Of a DNA stretch of 64,000 nucleotides, positions 44,111 through 54,909 are shown in pieces. The translations under genes and the position numbers were made by a program. Under the pieces are notes generated by a model. The model had not been told where the DNA came from and made no database searches. It saw only the letters and a list, made by a program, of their open reading frames with translations. Each line of letters starts with the position of its first letter. Positions within the stretch are counted from its first letter, which is position 1. The stretch lies in the IMG/VR virus record IMGVR_UViG_3300010885_025649, positions 148,498 through 212,497 of that record; one strand, 5' to 3'.

Positions 44111-44983
44111 ATGCTTACAAATTGCAAGATCTGGGTATATTCCAAGAAAGGTTTATGTACAGGCACATCAACATTAGTTGGTAGATATGAAAAGGGAAAC
44201 TTTAGTGCTGAGATTGTAGAAGAGGCCTATCTAGACCTTAGTAAAAGAGTACCTACATATTTGGGCGAGGTAAAAATATATTGGGAATTAGAAGATGGAA
44301 GTTTAGATACAGAACAAATCCTTAAGTTATCTCAACAAGATCCAACAATCAAATTCTTTATGACAGCTTGTACGGATGCCCCTATAACATCAGTCTCAGG
44401 CCTCCCATCCGAATCTCCTGGAATACTTAAACCAGGAATACTTGAATTTATTGAATGTAAATCTGATAGTTTCTTTGATCGGAACAATAAAGGCATTACA
44501 TCTATTAAGGGCACCGCTGAAGGTTGGACAGTAGTACATGATATTAAATTTAACCTAGATTGTTTAAAAGTAGATAACTTAGCAACTAGATTATCTAAAG
44601 GTGAAACAGTAAAAGAAAGAGGGCACTTCAAAGTTTGGCTTAGCTTACGAGATATGCCTTGTGAAGTATTAGTGGGAGAATATAAGATTGGAGAAGCAAA
44701 GTATAATGTAGATTTAGGAGAAGACAATCCAGATCCCTTAAGTAAATCTTCCTTCAAGACTAAAGTTAGTTGGAGATTTAGAGATGGCGAATTAGATTAC
44801 GAACTTATTAATTGTTTACTAAAAAGAGCCAAGTATTATAATAGTCCTTATGAATTTTATATCATAGTAAATAGAAATAAACTATTTAATTTAGAATCTG
44901 AATTCCTTACTGAAGAAGCTGCTAAAGAAGCCAAAGAGAGTAAACTAATTACCGGAATTGCTAATGGTTATCAGAAACTATAA
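44111..44983 (+). CDS. tandem double tail tube paralogue
   Basis: two repeats of KI/VW..LVG.Y..G..W...DG.LD..G.A.G. Confidence 0.7.
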   Translation: MLTNCKIWVYSKKGLCTGTSTLVGRYEKGNFSAEIVEEAYLDLSKRVPTYLGEVKIYWELEDGSLDTEQILKLSQQDPTIKFFMTACTDAPITSVSGLPSESPGILKPGILEFIECKSDSFFDRNNKGITSIKGTAEGWTVVHDIKFNLDCLKVDNLATRLSKGETVKERGHFKVWLSLRDMPCEVLVGEYKIGEAKYNVDLGEDNPDPLSKSSFKTKVSWRFRDGELDYELINCLLKRAKYYNSPYEFYIIVNRNKLFNLESEFLTEEAAKEAKESKLITGIANGYQKL

Positions 44984-44990
44984 TTTAACC

Positions 44991-45086
44991 TTATTCTGGA
45001 CTCAATCCTACTTCATCTGCTCGTGTGGCGGGGTCACTATTGACACCCTCAAAAAGTACATCTAGAACCAAGGGAAAGAAGCATGA
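44991..45086 (+). pseudogene. tnpA: tnpA C-terminal remnant with nonsense codon
   Basis: LFWTQSYFICSCGGVTIDTLKKYI*NQGKEA*; overlaps tnpB start as ATGA. Confidence 0.8.
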
Positions 45087-46309
45087 GAATCACCTACCAG
45101 TACCGGATGCGCCCACCCCCTAACCAAGAAGCCACAATGCTTGATTGGTTAGAACTGTTACGGAAGCAGTACAACTACCACTTGGGTGAGCGTCTGGACT
45201 GGGAACGGCTCAATAAATGCCCTGTAGACCGTTGCTCTATTATCAGTTGTCCAATTGCCCCACCCAAAGACAGACCTAGCTATTACAGCCAACAAAATGA
45301 CCTACTCAATACCAAGAAGCTGTTTCCTGAGTACAAAGCTATTCACTCTCAGGTACTTCAAGATTGCGTAAAACGTATTGACCGCACTTGGCAGCGATTC
45401 ACTCAAGGGGACAGTAACGGTAAGCGGTCAGGCCGTCCTCGATTCAAAAGCAAAGGCCGCTATCACTCATTCACTTACACCCAGATGAAACCAGGATGCT
45501 TGGATGGGAAACTGCTTACCCTGCCCAAGCTGGGAGTCATCAAGCTTATTTTGCATCGTCCCATCCCAAACGGCTTTGTTATCAAAACCGCTACCGTCAC
45601 GCATCGGGCGGACGGGTGGTATGTGTCCTTATCCTTGCTCTGTGATGATGTGCCCCTTTTGGCTCCAGACCCAAACCCAGAAAATACGATAGGGATTGAC
45701 TTAGGGCTAAAGGCGTTCCTGGTCACACCTGAAGGTGAAGAAGTTGCTATTCCACAACATTACCGCAAAGCTGAGAAGAAGCTAAGGCGCATACAACGTC
45801 AGCTATCCAAGAAGAAAAAGGGCAGCAACAACCGCAATAAAGCCCTACGCCGGGTTGCCAAATTGCAGCAACGCACGGCTAACCAACGTAAAGATTTTCA
45901 CCACAAGACAGCTTCTAATCTTGTGGTAAAGCATCAGGTCATTGCTCATGAAGACCTGAACATCAAAGGCTTGGCAAAGTCCAGACTAGCCAAGTCAGTC
46001 AATGATGCCGGATGGGGTCAATTCCTGTCAATTCTCGCTGTCAAAGCTGCAAATGCTGGACGGATGACGATAGCAGTGAATCCAAACGGCACAAGTCAAG
46101 AATGTTCTAGCTGTGGAACGCACGTCCCCAAGACCTTAGCCGACAGGTGGCATAACTGCCCTAGCTGTGCCCTGAGTCTTGACCGTGACCACAATGCAGC
46201 CCTGAACATCAAACAAAAGGCGGTGGGTCATCCCGTCTCTGCTAGGGGAGGCTTCCAGGATGCTGGGCCAATGAACCTAGAAGCCCGCTCTATACCGCTT
46301 TGCGGTTAG
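45083..46309 (+). CDS. tnpB: RNA-guided endonuclease TnpB
   Basis: GIDLG, AHEDL, DRDHNAA RuvC motifs; CSSC..CPSC zinc ribbon. Confidence 0.95.
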   Translation: MRITYQYRMRPPPNQEATMLDWLELLRKQYNYHLGERLDWERLNKCPVDRCSIISCPIAPPKDRPSYYSQQNDLLNTKKLFPEYKAIHSQVLQDCVKRIDRTWQRFTQGDSNGKRSGRPRFKSKGRYHSFTYTQMKPGCLDGKLLTLPKLGVIKLILHRPIPNGFVIKTATVTHRADGWYVSLSLLCDDVPLLAPDPNPENTIGIDLGLKAFLVTPEGEEVAIPQHYRKAEKKLRRIQRQLSKKKKGSNNRNKALRRVAKLQQRTANQRKDFHHKTASNLVVKHQVIAHEDLNIKGLAKSRLAKSVNDAGWGQFLSILAVKAANAGRMTIAVNPNGTSQECSSCGTHVPKTLADRWHNCPSCALSLDRDHNAALNIKQKAVGHPVSARGGFQDAGPMNLEARSIPLCG

Positions 46310-46346
46310 AGTCGGGAGTATGTCACTAAACTAAATAACACTTTAA
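46200..46346 (+). ncRNA. predicted TnpB omega-RNA (scaffold to TCAC 46326, guide about 46327-46346)
   Basis: known TnpB architecture; 5' boundary approximate. Confidence 0.5.
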
Positions 46347-46413
46347 GACTAGGCCCTGCCTAGTTTTCTAGTATTAAGTAGGATATACTATATACAAACA
46401 GCTCAGTGAACTT

Positions 46414-49400
46414 ATGAAAATATATAATGATCGCGCTAGACATAATGGTACTAAAGACACCCCTGTATTATACAGAGGAATGAACCCGGGAATAACTTGT
46501 AGCCAAGGCGGTAATGACGCATTAACTCCTAAGTTTGTCTTGGTAGGAGTTGATAGAAGTTCTGATAACTTATTAAGCTCAGCTTATCCACAGATACAAG
46601 CCCTATGTAGTAAAGTATTCAATGGCCCCGTAGATAAATATGGGCAGTATTTAATAGCAGGCCAAATGGGAACCTTCAGATTCCATTCTGCTGTAGTAAG
46701 AATGACAAGATTCTTTGCAGTATCCAGTGCAACTATTACTTTAAGCATAGATGCAGATCAATATAATAAAAGCTGCGGTGGATTAAATACATTACAATAT
46801 GATGATCTTAAAGAAGCTACTAAGATAGACTTAAGTAATGTAAAACTTAAGACTGATAGTAGTGCGTCGATAAAAACCCAAACAGCTACTTCAACAACAA
46901 CTCTTCCACCATTTTTATACACATTATATCCAGACCTAGAAGTAAGAATCTTTGGTGGCTATAGCAAAGATAAATATGTAGAATCTACAGATTGGATGGA
47001 AGATAATTGGCAGTCTACAGATTCGGAACTAGCCCCAATATTCTGGGGAGTTATAGATACAATTAGTGTAAGTATCCAAAGCACGAATATATTCATTAGT
47101 CTAAACTTAAGAGATAATATTAGATACTTTGTAGATACTAACTTAGTACAAGAGATTTTGCCCAGTAAAAATAATACTGCAGGTAATAGCCTAACTAGAT
47201 TTGAAGTATTATCTTCAGTAATTTTAAACACCTTTTATAGATCTTCAGATGCAAGATTAATAAGTTCTTCCATTGATACTAATAATCCAGATGCTATAAT
47301 TAATCCTATTGGATTTAATCTTACCGATCCTGAAACAAGAAGGAAAGCTGTAGGAGCTACTGCTAAAGATGGAGGAACATTATCTGGGAATGCCCCAGTA
47401 TTTACCAAGGAGCAAACGCCAGAACGAATTCCACAATATACATTTACAGCATTACCAAGACCTGTATACTTACAACCGGCTGTAGCTTTTGTTAGTGGAA
47501 GTGGCGGCAACTTAATTCAATGTGCAACACTACCAACAGACCCTGAGGTTAAGAAAGCTTTAACAGATAACAACACTAAGACACGAGGAGAGTTATTAAC
47601 TTTAGCAATTAGTAACTCAACCCAAGCAGATACAACTAATATAAAGAAGTTAGCTGCTTTTAAAGCCGCCTTCTTAAGCAATATATATCTTGCTAAAAAT
47701 AGTGTGTTACAAACCCCATCTTTAGACTTACTTAGCACAGGTAACGCCACGGGCAGCTACTCTCAAGAAAGTCAAATAAGCGCAGCCAAAGGTATAACTA
47801 ATAATAATGGTGACACCTTTCAAGATGTGTTTACAAAAGCTAATAGCGATACAACCAGATATAGTACTGAGACTTTACAAACCATATTTACAAATGGTAT
47901 TACAGCTTTTGATTCTTTAAAAGACAAAACATACACGTCAGCATTAAATAAGAAACCACCTAGTAATTTTGGCTCTGGTACCTTAACTAAAGCAGATCTA
48001 ATAGCTTATATATTAGATACTAAAAGCGTAGACTTACAACAGAACACTCAAAGCTTAAGTGATACAGTACAAACTTATACTTATTTAAATGAAGGTTCTG
48101 CCCCACCGCCTAATATAGATACCGTAGCTCAAACCATGGGGAATTACATCGTTACTAAAGGCTTCGCCCAATTATCAATGGTAGACCCGGATGATGTCAA
48201 GAACTACTTTCAGTATCAAGCTTTGGGAGATCCCTATAGATTAGATAAGATAGGATTACCTCCATTTGCTTTTATCTATACTCAGCGCAGTTATATCTCA
48301 GGTGATAGCGCCACACCTAATTTATTCAAGGTAACTAACAAAGCACCTATAGATGTATTAAAGCACTTAGGAACTACTGAAGCGGTACCCACAGAGTTCT
48401 TCTTTGATCATAGAACAGGACATTACTTTTATATTCCTAAAGCTAGCGCATTTGACTTTAATATAAGTAATGATGTTAAGCAGTATTTAAATAACTCAAG
48501 TCAGCTATCTACTTTAGGTGGACTTATTACAAGCACTAATGAAACCTTGGCTAGTACTACAGCAGATAGTACTACACAAGATGATGAGGTAACTGCAGCC
48601 CAAGCCACTATTACTGAAGCTAATAAGCAAGGGTTTGCAATTACAGGTAAAGATGGTAAAACTATTTACAAAATTAGACCTATAACGACCAACGATCTAA
48701 CCTACTTTTCCCAAGTGGCAACCCCAGTAGACAGGCTACCAAATAAAGATCCCTCTACAATTTATTACACAAATGGTGGAGGATTCCTAGAACCTAATAG
48801 AAATATACAAAGAATTAAATCAGATCCCACAGGAAATAACTATGATGCTTTTATTTTAGATCCCGCAGCAAAAGTAACAGATACTCTTTATGAACAAACT
48901 ACAGATGGCAGTAAAAAACCATTAGGCTCAGTTTTATCTGTATTACGTACCTCACCATTTACGCATTTTACTCTTACACCAACAGATAAAAATAATCCAA
49001 TAGTGCAGCAACTAAAAGATGCCACAGATATAGTTAATAAAGCTGCTACAAATAAAACACAAGCTAACCAAACAATAAGCAAACTAAATAAACAGGTTAG
49101 TGATTACAAAGCCCAACAAGATACTATAACCAAACAGCAAGAAGCTTTACTAGCAGCCAATCCTGATCTAGCAAAGACTCTAACTGCCCCGGCTGATGCA
49201 ATCCCCAGACACTATTATGCTGTACTAGAGGATACTCAGATTAAAGATCTAAGAGATCCCTCAGGTAAATCTAGTGTAATCATTCCTAAATCAGTTAGTA
49301 ATTGTAAAGTAGAATGGTCTTCTTTTGGTATGAAGACAGATATCCACATGACTAACCAGAAAGGAATTAATAATGGAACACTACAAGGTGTTGGTTTACA

Positions 49401-49944
49401 CGCAGGAATTATTATAGATGAAAGAGCCGGGATACCTAACTATGCCATCCCACCCAGAAATGTATTTATCTTTGATGAAACTGCTGACGAGAACATGACA
49501 AACGAGAACTTTGCAGTAGTTATGGCTATGGCTAGACTATGGGGTAGAGATACTAAAGTAGCTTTAATAACTATTCCTGGAGATCCCGGAGTTATTATTG
49601 GAGAAACAGTTAAGTTATACAAGACTATATTAAATACTAATAATATCTTACAGTTATCTGCAGAAGCTAATAAAAGTGTTAATGATCAGAATGCTAGATT
49701 ACATGCCAGCGGATGTAACTTAGGACAAGGTGTTACTAATGCCGATAGTAAAAATCAACTTACTACAGTAGTCTATCAAGCTGATGTGCAAGGACTATTC
49801 GTTAACTTAAGTGATAGTCATAAAGATCCTTATACCACAACCGAAGAAGGTTATACGTATAGAATAGAAGCAGTGTCTCACATTTATAGACCTAATACAG
49901 ATGTAGGATTTGAAACCCAGCTATCTTTAATTGAGGTGATTTAA
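46414..49944 (+). CDS. baseplate hub-like protein with large insertions
   Basis: C-terminal ITIPGDPGVIIGETVKL..YRIEAVSH..GFETQLSL; IFWGVIDTI. Confidence 0.6.
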   Translation: MKIYNDRARHNGTKDTPVLYRGMNPGITCSQGGNDALTPKFVLVGVDRSSDNLLSSAYPQIQALCSKVFNGPVDKYGQYLIAGQMGTFRFHSAVVRMTRFFAVSSATITLSIDADQYNKSCGGLNTLQYDDLKEATKIDLSNVKLKTDSSASIKTQTATSTTTLPPFLYTLYPDLEVRIFGGYSKDKYVESTDWMEDNWQSTDSELAPIFWGVIDTISVSIQSTNIFISLNLRDNIRYFVDTNLVQEILPSKNNTAGNSLTRFEVLSSVILNTFYRSSDARLISSSIDTNNPDAIINPIGFNLTDPETRRKAVGATAKDGGTLSGNAPVFTKEQTPERIPQYTFTALPRPVYLQPAVAFVSGSGGNLIQCATLPTDPEVKKALTDNNTKTRGELLTLAISNSTQADTTNIKKLAAFKAAFLSNIYLAKNSVLQTPSLDLLSTGNATGSYSQESQISAAKGITNNNGDTFQDVFTKANSDTTRYSTETLQTIFTNGITAFDSLKDKTYTSALNKKPPSNFGSGTLTKADLIAYILDTKSVDLQQNTQSLSDTVQTYTYLNEGSAPPPNIDTVAQTMGNYIVTKGFAQLSMVDPDDVKNYFQYQALGDPYRLDKIGLPPFAFIYTQRSYISGDSATPNLFKVTNKAPIDVLKHLGTTEAVPTEFFFDHRTGHYFYIPKASAFDFNISNDVKQYLNNSSQLSTLGGLITSTNETLASTTADSTTQDDEVTAAQATITEANKQGFAITGKDGKTIYKIRPITTNDLTYFSQVATPVDRLPNKDPSTIYYTNGGGFLEPNRNIQRIKSDPTGNNYDAFILDPAAKVTDTLYEQTTDGSKKPLGSVLSVLRTSPFTHFTLTPTDKNNPIVQQLKDATDIVNKAATNKTQANQTISKLNKQVSDYKAQQDTITKQQEALLAANPDLAKTLTAPADAIPRHYYAVLEDTQIKDLRDPSGKSSVIIPKSVSNCKVEWSSFGMKTDIHMTNQKGINNGTLQGVGLHAGIIIDERAGIPNYAIPPRNVFIFDETADENMTNENFAVVMAMARLWGRDTKVALITIPGDPGVIIGETVKLYKTILNTNNILQLSAEANKSVNDQNARLHASGCNLGQGVTNADSKNQLTTVVYQADVQGLFVNLSDSHKDPYTTTEEGYTYRIEAVSHIYRPNTDVGFETQLSLIEVI

Positions 49945-50606
49945 TGATTATAGATCCAAGCCTACCCCAACCATTAGATAACCCCAAAGGGTTAATGACT
50001 TTGTGGAATCGTCTAGGTGATAATGAATATAACCATAAACATGATATGGGAATATTCCCGGCTATTATTATTGATAACAGTAATTGGCAACGCGGCGTAT
50101 ATCTTATAGCCAACTTACAAATAGCAGGGAATAAAACTTATGCTGTAGATACTACACAGAATATTAGTTTTGGCTCTGGGAGTAATAAAAGAATAGAACT
50201 AAATACTAAAGTAGTTGTAAACTGTAATGGTTATAATAGTAATGGTGAATATTATATTGTTGGGATTATCCCTTCAGTAATTCACATGAATAGTGATAAG
50301 ATAGATACTAGTAGCGCCACCACTAATGCATTACCTTATGTACCTGAGATAGAGAACTCTAATAATCATATAGAGGTTAAATCAGGAGATCTATTTAGTG
50401 GAACCAACTCTCAAGTATCTTTATCAGATGGTGTTAACTCTTCTACATATCATAGAGGAACTAAATCAGAGAATATAGAATCAGGACATATAGTTATGAA
50501 TACAGGATTCTGTATCCCCGCCCATGAATATTTAGCTACTGATATGGTACAAGTAAGTCAAAGTAATATAAATCTTAGTAATAAATTGAGTTCATATGTG
50601 GAATAG
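49944..50606 (+). CDS. possible baseplate spike N-terminal (OB-fold) protein
   Basis: GIFPAIIIDN; follows hub gene. Confidence 0.4.
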   Translation: MIIDPSLPQPLDNPKGLMTLWNRLGDNEYNHKHDMGIFPAIIIDNSNWQRGVYLIANLQIAGNKTYAVDTTQNISFGSGSNKRIELNTKVVVNCNGYNSNGEYYIVGIIPSVIHMNSDKIDTSSATTNALPYVPEIENSNNHIEVKSGDLFSGTNSQVSLSDGVNSSTYHRGTKSENIESGHIVMNTGFCIPAHEYLATDMVQVSQSNINLSNKLSSYVE

Positions 50607-51993
50607 TACAATAGATACAGAATTAAAGAGAACAAATGATTTGACTGTACTAACTAATAGTCTGCAGCCAATTATCTTAAGCATTCTACAAAGTTATAAC
50701 TTTGTCCCTATTATTAAATATATAGAAACTAATACTGCCACCGGTTATATAGGAGATCAAACTAGCTTTATAAATACTTTAAGTAATTATACAAAAGCAC
50801 AATATGATTTATTATATCCAACTAAACGAGAAGTAGACAGCACATATTCTTCGAGAAGTTCTAATATATTTAACCTGACTAATAGTGTAACGGCAACTCC
50901 TTATGCAACTATTGAACAAGATAACCAACATAGAAAAGATAACATTAATAGAACTAACCAGTTAACTTTACATTTAAGTTCTAAGCAAAGAGCTATTAGT
51001 GATATTTGTAATACAGTAGTTAATAGCTTTGATTTAGATTTAATAGATTACACTAATGCAATCTTAGAAAGCATTATTAAGCTTCAATGTTTGCAGAACT
51101 TATGTTTAGATTTAGATGGAACTATTGCTAATGAAACCTTACATTCCAAGCGCACTTTTAGTTTAGATACACATGAATATAAAGATTTGCAAAGCGGATT
51201 ATATGCTAACCAAACTTTGTATTGGAAAGGTAATCTAATATATCTAAGCGGATTACAATTATTAAGCTTTAATCAAACTACTATAGATGGATTAGTAGGA
51301 AATCTTATAGGTAAAGTATTAAATGGAATCTACTTAAAGGATTTACAAACCAATACTTATAGCGCTAAACAATTAATAGATAAGGCTAATAATTATTTAA
51401 TAACTGTGTGGCAACCTATAAAAGATCTACTAACTACTCACCAACAAATCTTAAGCACAAAGACTCCAAGTGATACTTATCAGAAGTTAGTTGATGGTAA
51501 CATTCCATATCCTCCAGGAACACTAACTATAGATGACTATTTATATGTAGCCTTTAGAAATGAACTAACAGATTCACAAAGAGTAGATTTAAGAACTTGG
51601 TATATATTCTGGAATTCAGATAATTATTATTTATCTGCCCAAAGCGCAGTAGATAACTATTTATATCCCAGTGGGTTCGTATATACCGTAACCGCGCTTC
51701 TAGTTATCTATTTATATTTATGTAAATTAACTCCGGCTAATATTCCTACATATCTAAATATAATGAATGATTTAGTTAATTATTATGGGATATCTTTACC
51801 ACAAACAAAGAGTTATTATTCAACTGTTATAAGCAGATTAACTCCAAGTACTAGTTATGATAGTTTATTTAAACTCTTTAGTATCTTATTAGCTGGAATA
51901 AACACACAATTAGGTGGGGAGCATATAGTTATTCAAAGCTTAACTACTATACATTCAGGAAGTCAATCAGGAGAATTATTAAGCTATGATTAG
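50596..51993 (+). CDS. hypothetical protein
   Basis: 465 aa, overlapping neighbours. Confidence 0.6.
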   Translation: MWNSTIDTELKRTNDLTVLTNSLQPIILSILQSYNFVPIIKYIETNTATGYIGDQTSFINTLSNYTKAQYDLLYPTKREVDSTYSSRSSNIFNLTNSVTATPYATIEQDNQHRKDNINRTNQLTLHLSSKQRAISDICNTVVNSFDLDLIDYTNAILESIIKLQCLQNLCLDLDGTIANETLHSKRTFSLDTHEYKDLQSGLYANQTLYWKGNLIYLSGLQLLSFNQTTIDGLVGNLIGKVLNGIYLKDLQTNTYSAKQLIDKANNYLITVWQPIKDLLTTHQQILSTKTPSDTYQKLVDGNIPYPPGTLTIDDYLYVAFRNELTDSQRVDLRTWYIFWNSDNYYLSAQSAVDNYLYPSGFVYTVTALLVIYLYLCKLTPANIPTYLNIMNDLVNYYGISLPQTKSYYSTVISRLTPSTSYDSLFKLFSILLAGINTQLGGEHIVIQSLTTIHSGSQSGELLSYD

Positions 51994-52573
51994 TAATAGA
52001 CAGAATATAACAAATGGTTTAAATAACATAAGTATTAATGCTATGCAGCAAAGCAATTCATTAGTACAAATTAGTGGTGAGATAAGTAGAACAGAAGCTA
52101 TTAAGAATAAGCTAGATAGTATGTTAAGTAGTGCTAAGAGTTATGTAACCTTACCAACTATTACACAAGTACAAGGGTATAATGATACACAATACTCTGC
52201 TTTATTTACTGATATCGGATTAGAAAAGAACAATACAAGTTACGGCCGCACATTAATTTATGATAGCAAAGCAGATAAAGTTAATGAGTTAACTGATAAC
52301 GCCACTGCAGGTATAAGTAGTCCGGAATATGTAGCAGCAATATCTTCTAATTATTCAGCAGATGTAGTTGATGAAGCCTTATATAAGAATGTATTACCTA
52401 ATCAGCCTATAGATACCATGACACAGGTGCAAGCTAATATGTCTAACTCTGATACTACTTCAAGTAGTAGTGATAGTTCAACAGCACAAACCATAGTTAA
52501 ATCTACATTACAGTTAAGTTTAGCAACATTGAATATAAATAAATTAAATCTTATGGGATTAACCTATGGCTAA
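51986..52573 (+). CDS. hypothetical protein
   Basis: 195 aa, overlapping neighbours. Confidence 0.6.
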   Translation: MISNRQNITNGLNNISINAMQQSNSLVQISGEISRTEAIKNKLDSMLSSAKSYVTLPTITQVQGYNDTQYSALFTDIGLEKNNTSYGRTLIYDSKADKVNELTDNATAGISSPEYVAAISSNYSADVVDEALYKNVLPNQPIDTMTQVQANMSNSDTTSSSSDSSTAQTIVKSTLQLSLATLNINKLNLMGLTYG

Positions 52574-53510
52574 TATTACACAAACATCTGCAGAAATAGC
52601 ATCACCATCAACTGAAGGTAATAAGATACAGACTGCTTTATTAGAAGCTACTGATAAGAAACACTTGGATCAGTTAGAGAATGCTGGATTATTATTGCCG
52701 CAGTATGCACAGACGCTACGAGATGAATTAAGTAGAATTAAAGATCCTTTAGTACCTCTTACAGATACCATATTAAAAGATGTATTAGGGCGGTCTATAT
52801 TTAATTACCATAAGTTAGGATTAGAAGCTTTAGGAAATACCTATGAGGCTAATAAGATAGAAATAACTAGCAACCGCCATATACTTAGTAGTAATAGTAT
52901 GACCTTAAGTAGTGATTCCTTATTATTATTAACCAGTCCTATACTACAGACACAATCTTTAGATTCAATAGAAACTATTAGTAATACTAAATACAGTGAG
53001 ATTCATTTAGAATGGGAACAGTTAGGTACCAGTATTAGTTCTATAAATGGCTTTAAAATATTAAATGTTGGTGGTAGTTATACATCTATATTAGGAGTTA
53101 ATTATAGCAGTTCTATTGGTAATAATTATACAGAGATTATCCAAGGACAACAGAGTATAAGAGTATTAGGAAGTCCTACTGCAGATAGCTCTTTAGATAG
53201 TTCTCTAGCCGCCAAGTATAGTTATGCTAAGGGTGTAGAGGTATTAATACAAGACACCTTTAAACGCGAAGTAGATGGCACTGAGACAACATTAAATGCA
53301 GATACAGTTACCAGAACTTATGAAGCTGATTACAATACCGAAGTTAAAGGAACTAGAACAGATACTTTAGATGTGGACTATAACATAGAAGTTAGTGAAG
53401 ATTATAATCTGGTAGCGGATACTATAAATATCACAGGTAATAACCAGATTACTTTACAAGTAGGAAGCACAGCAATTAGAATCAGAAACGGCGCCATTTA
53501 TATAGGATAG
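52566..53510 (+). CDS. spike beta-helix protein (gp5/VgrG C-terminus-like)
   Basis: 8-residue periodic TEVKGTRT/IEVSEDYN repeats ending ITLQVGSTAIRI. Confidence 0.6.
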   Translation: MANITQTSAEIASPSTEGNKIQTALLEATDKKHLDQLENAGLLLPQYAQTLRDELSRIKDPLVPLTDTILKDVLGRSIFNYHKLGLEALGNTYEANKIEITSNRHILSSNSMTLSSDSLLLLTSPILQTQSLDSIETISNTKYSEIHLEWEQLGTSISSINGFKILNVGGSYTSILGVNYSSSIGNNYTEIIQGQQSIRVLGSPTADSSLDSSLAAKYSYAKGVEVLIQDTFKREVDGTETTLNADTVTRTYEADYNTEVKGTRTDTLDVDYNIEVSEDYNLVADTINITGNNQITLQVGSTAIRIRNGAIYIG

Positions 53511-53516
53511 AAACAT

Positions 53517-54167
53517 ATGTCATCATGTAGTCAACAGTTTAATAATTTAATTAACGCGGCTGTACAAGATGCAGCCAACTTTGTAGTACCAATAGTAGCA
53601 GATTACTTTCAGCCTTTAGCAGATAAATTGTCTAGTTTCTTTAATCAAAACAAAGGATTAGACTTTGCTAGTATTCAAAACAATATAAATGATTTTATTA
53701 ATACGAATATTACAGACACAATTAAGCAGTTAAGTAAAGACCTAACTGCAGCAAATACAAGTATTAATAAATATATTCAACAGCAAATAAAAGAGGCTTT
53801 AGATAATGTATATAGTACAGTAACAGATAGCATTACATCTTTATTTGGGAAAGCTTCTTTAGATTATTTAGCTAATAGTTTACCCGCATTACAAAGCACC
53901 TTAGGATGTTTACTTACTGATCAATTAGGGCCATTAAATGATTTACTAAATGCTAAAGATAAACTAGTAGATGATTTAACAACTGAATTAGCCAATGGAA
54001 CTAATCTATTAAATACAATTACTAGTTATACTCCTCAACCAATGATTAATACTGCGTTATCTAATTACATGGCTATTCCTGGAATTCAACAAGCAGAACA
54101 AGTAGTTAAAACAGCTTTAGATAATAGATTAAAAGGTAAAGCTATAGTAGCCACAGGTAACCCTTAA
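53517..54167 (+). CDS. helical hypothetical protein
   Basis: 216 aa. Confidence 0.55.
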   Translation: MSSCSQQFNNLINAAVQDAANFVVPIVADYFQPLADKLSSFFNQNKGLDFASIQNNINDFINTNITDTIKQLSKDLTAANTSINKYIQQQIKEALDNVYSTVTDSITSLFGKASLDYLANSLPALQSTLGCLLTDQLGPLNDLLNAKDKLVDDLTTELANGTNLLNTITSYTPQPMINTALSNYMAIPGIQQAEQVVKTALDNRLKGKAIVATGNP

Positions 54168-54805
54168 GCAAGTCCTAAGGCTTGTTTAGCATGTGCCCAG
54201 CAAACAATTCTATCAGTTTCTCCATTAGTACCACCATTAATAGCTCTACCTATTTGCTTAAAGGAATTAAGATCTTTCTTATCCGCCAATTCATTTAGTT
54301 CACGAGTATACCAGAACCAACCTGCGCTCATACAAGCAAATCTTGGTGTAGCTAATAAATCAGGACTCATTACTAAAGTTAGCTCTGAGGGAATTAGTTT
54401 GCGCTTAAATAATTCTCTAGATAGAAAAGTATAATTAGCTTTACCTGTAAGCTGAATTAATCCACGCCCCCTATATTTATAGCCATCAGTAGGAATTGTA
54501 TTCCCCATACGATTGGCATAAACTATATTAGCAATCTTATCTGGTTTACGGGCATTTACTAGCGCTGTAGCATAGTTAAAGTATTTAGGGAATGTCTTAA
54601 GTAATCCCTGCACGCCATAGTTAAGATTCTCTACAACTGCTGTAAGAGCAGCGCTTTCATGTGCAATCTGTGCTAAGAATGCAGCTTGTCTATAAGAAGT
54701 ATTTATCTCGAATACAATACAAGTCTCATTAATAAATGGTAAATACTTATCAGCATTAGCATCAGAACATCTAATAGCCTGCATTAATTGTTGTTTAGTT
54801 ATCAT
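54164..54805 (-). CDS. GH19-family endolysin
   Basis: AAFLAQIAHES, YRGRGLIQLTGKANY, INGGTNG..DR. Confidence 0.9.
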   Translation of the reverse strand: MITKQQLMQAIRCSDANADKYLPFINETCIVFEINTSYRQAAFLAQIAHESAALTAVVENLNYGVQGLLKTFPKYFNYATALVNARKPDKIANIVYANRMGNTIPTDGYKYRGRGLIQLTGKANYTFLSRELFKRKLIPSELTLVMSPDLLATPRFACMSAGWFWYTRELNELADKKDLNSFKQIGRAINGGTNGETDRIVCWAHAKQALGLA

Positions 54806-54891
54806 TTTTGTATCTCATTCATAGTGTATATATAAATAACCGCTGTGATTATAACAAGAGCAGCCGCGGTAAGTCCTAATCCATAAACCAT
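54802..54891 (-). CDS. 29-aa single-TM peptide coupled to endolysin
   Basis: AAAGGAG then MVYGLGLTAAALVIITAVIYIYTMNEIQK*; ATGA overlap with endolysin start. Confidence 0.6.
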   Translation of the reverse strand: MVYGLGLTAAALVIITAVIYIYTMNEIQK

Positions 54892-54909
54892 ATTAGTCTC
54901 CTTTATTAT

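Larger units (their letters stand above)
44991..46326 (+). mobile_element. left-truncated IS200/IS605-family element
   Basis: GC-richer island; tnpA stub, tnpB, hairpin-rich right end finishing GTATGTCAC. Confidence 0.8.
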
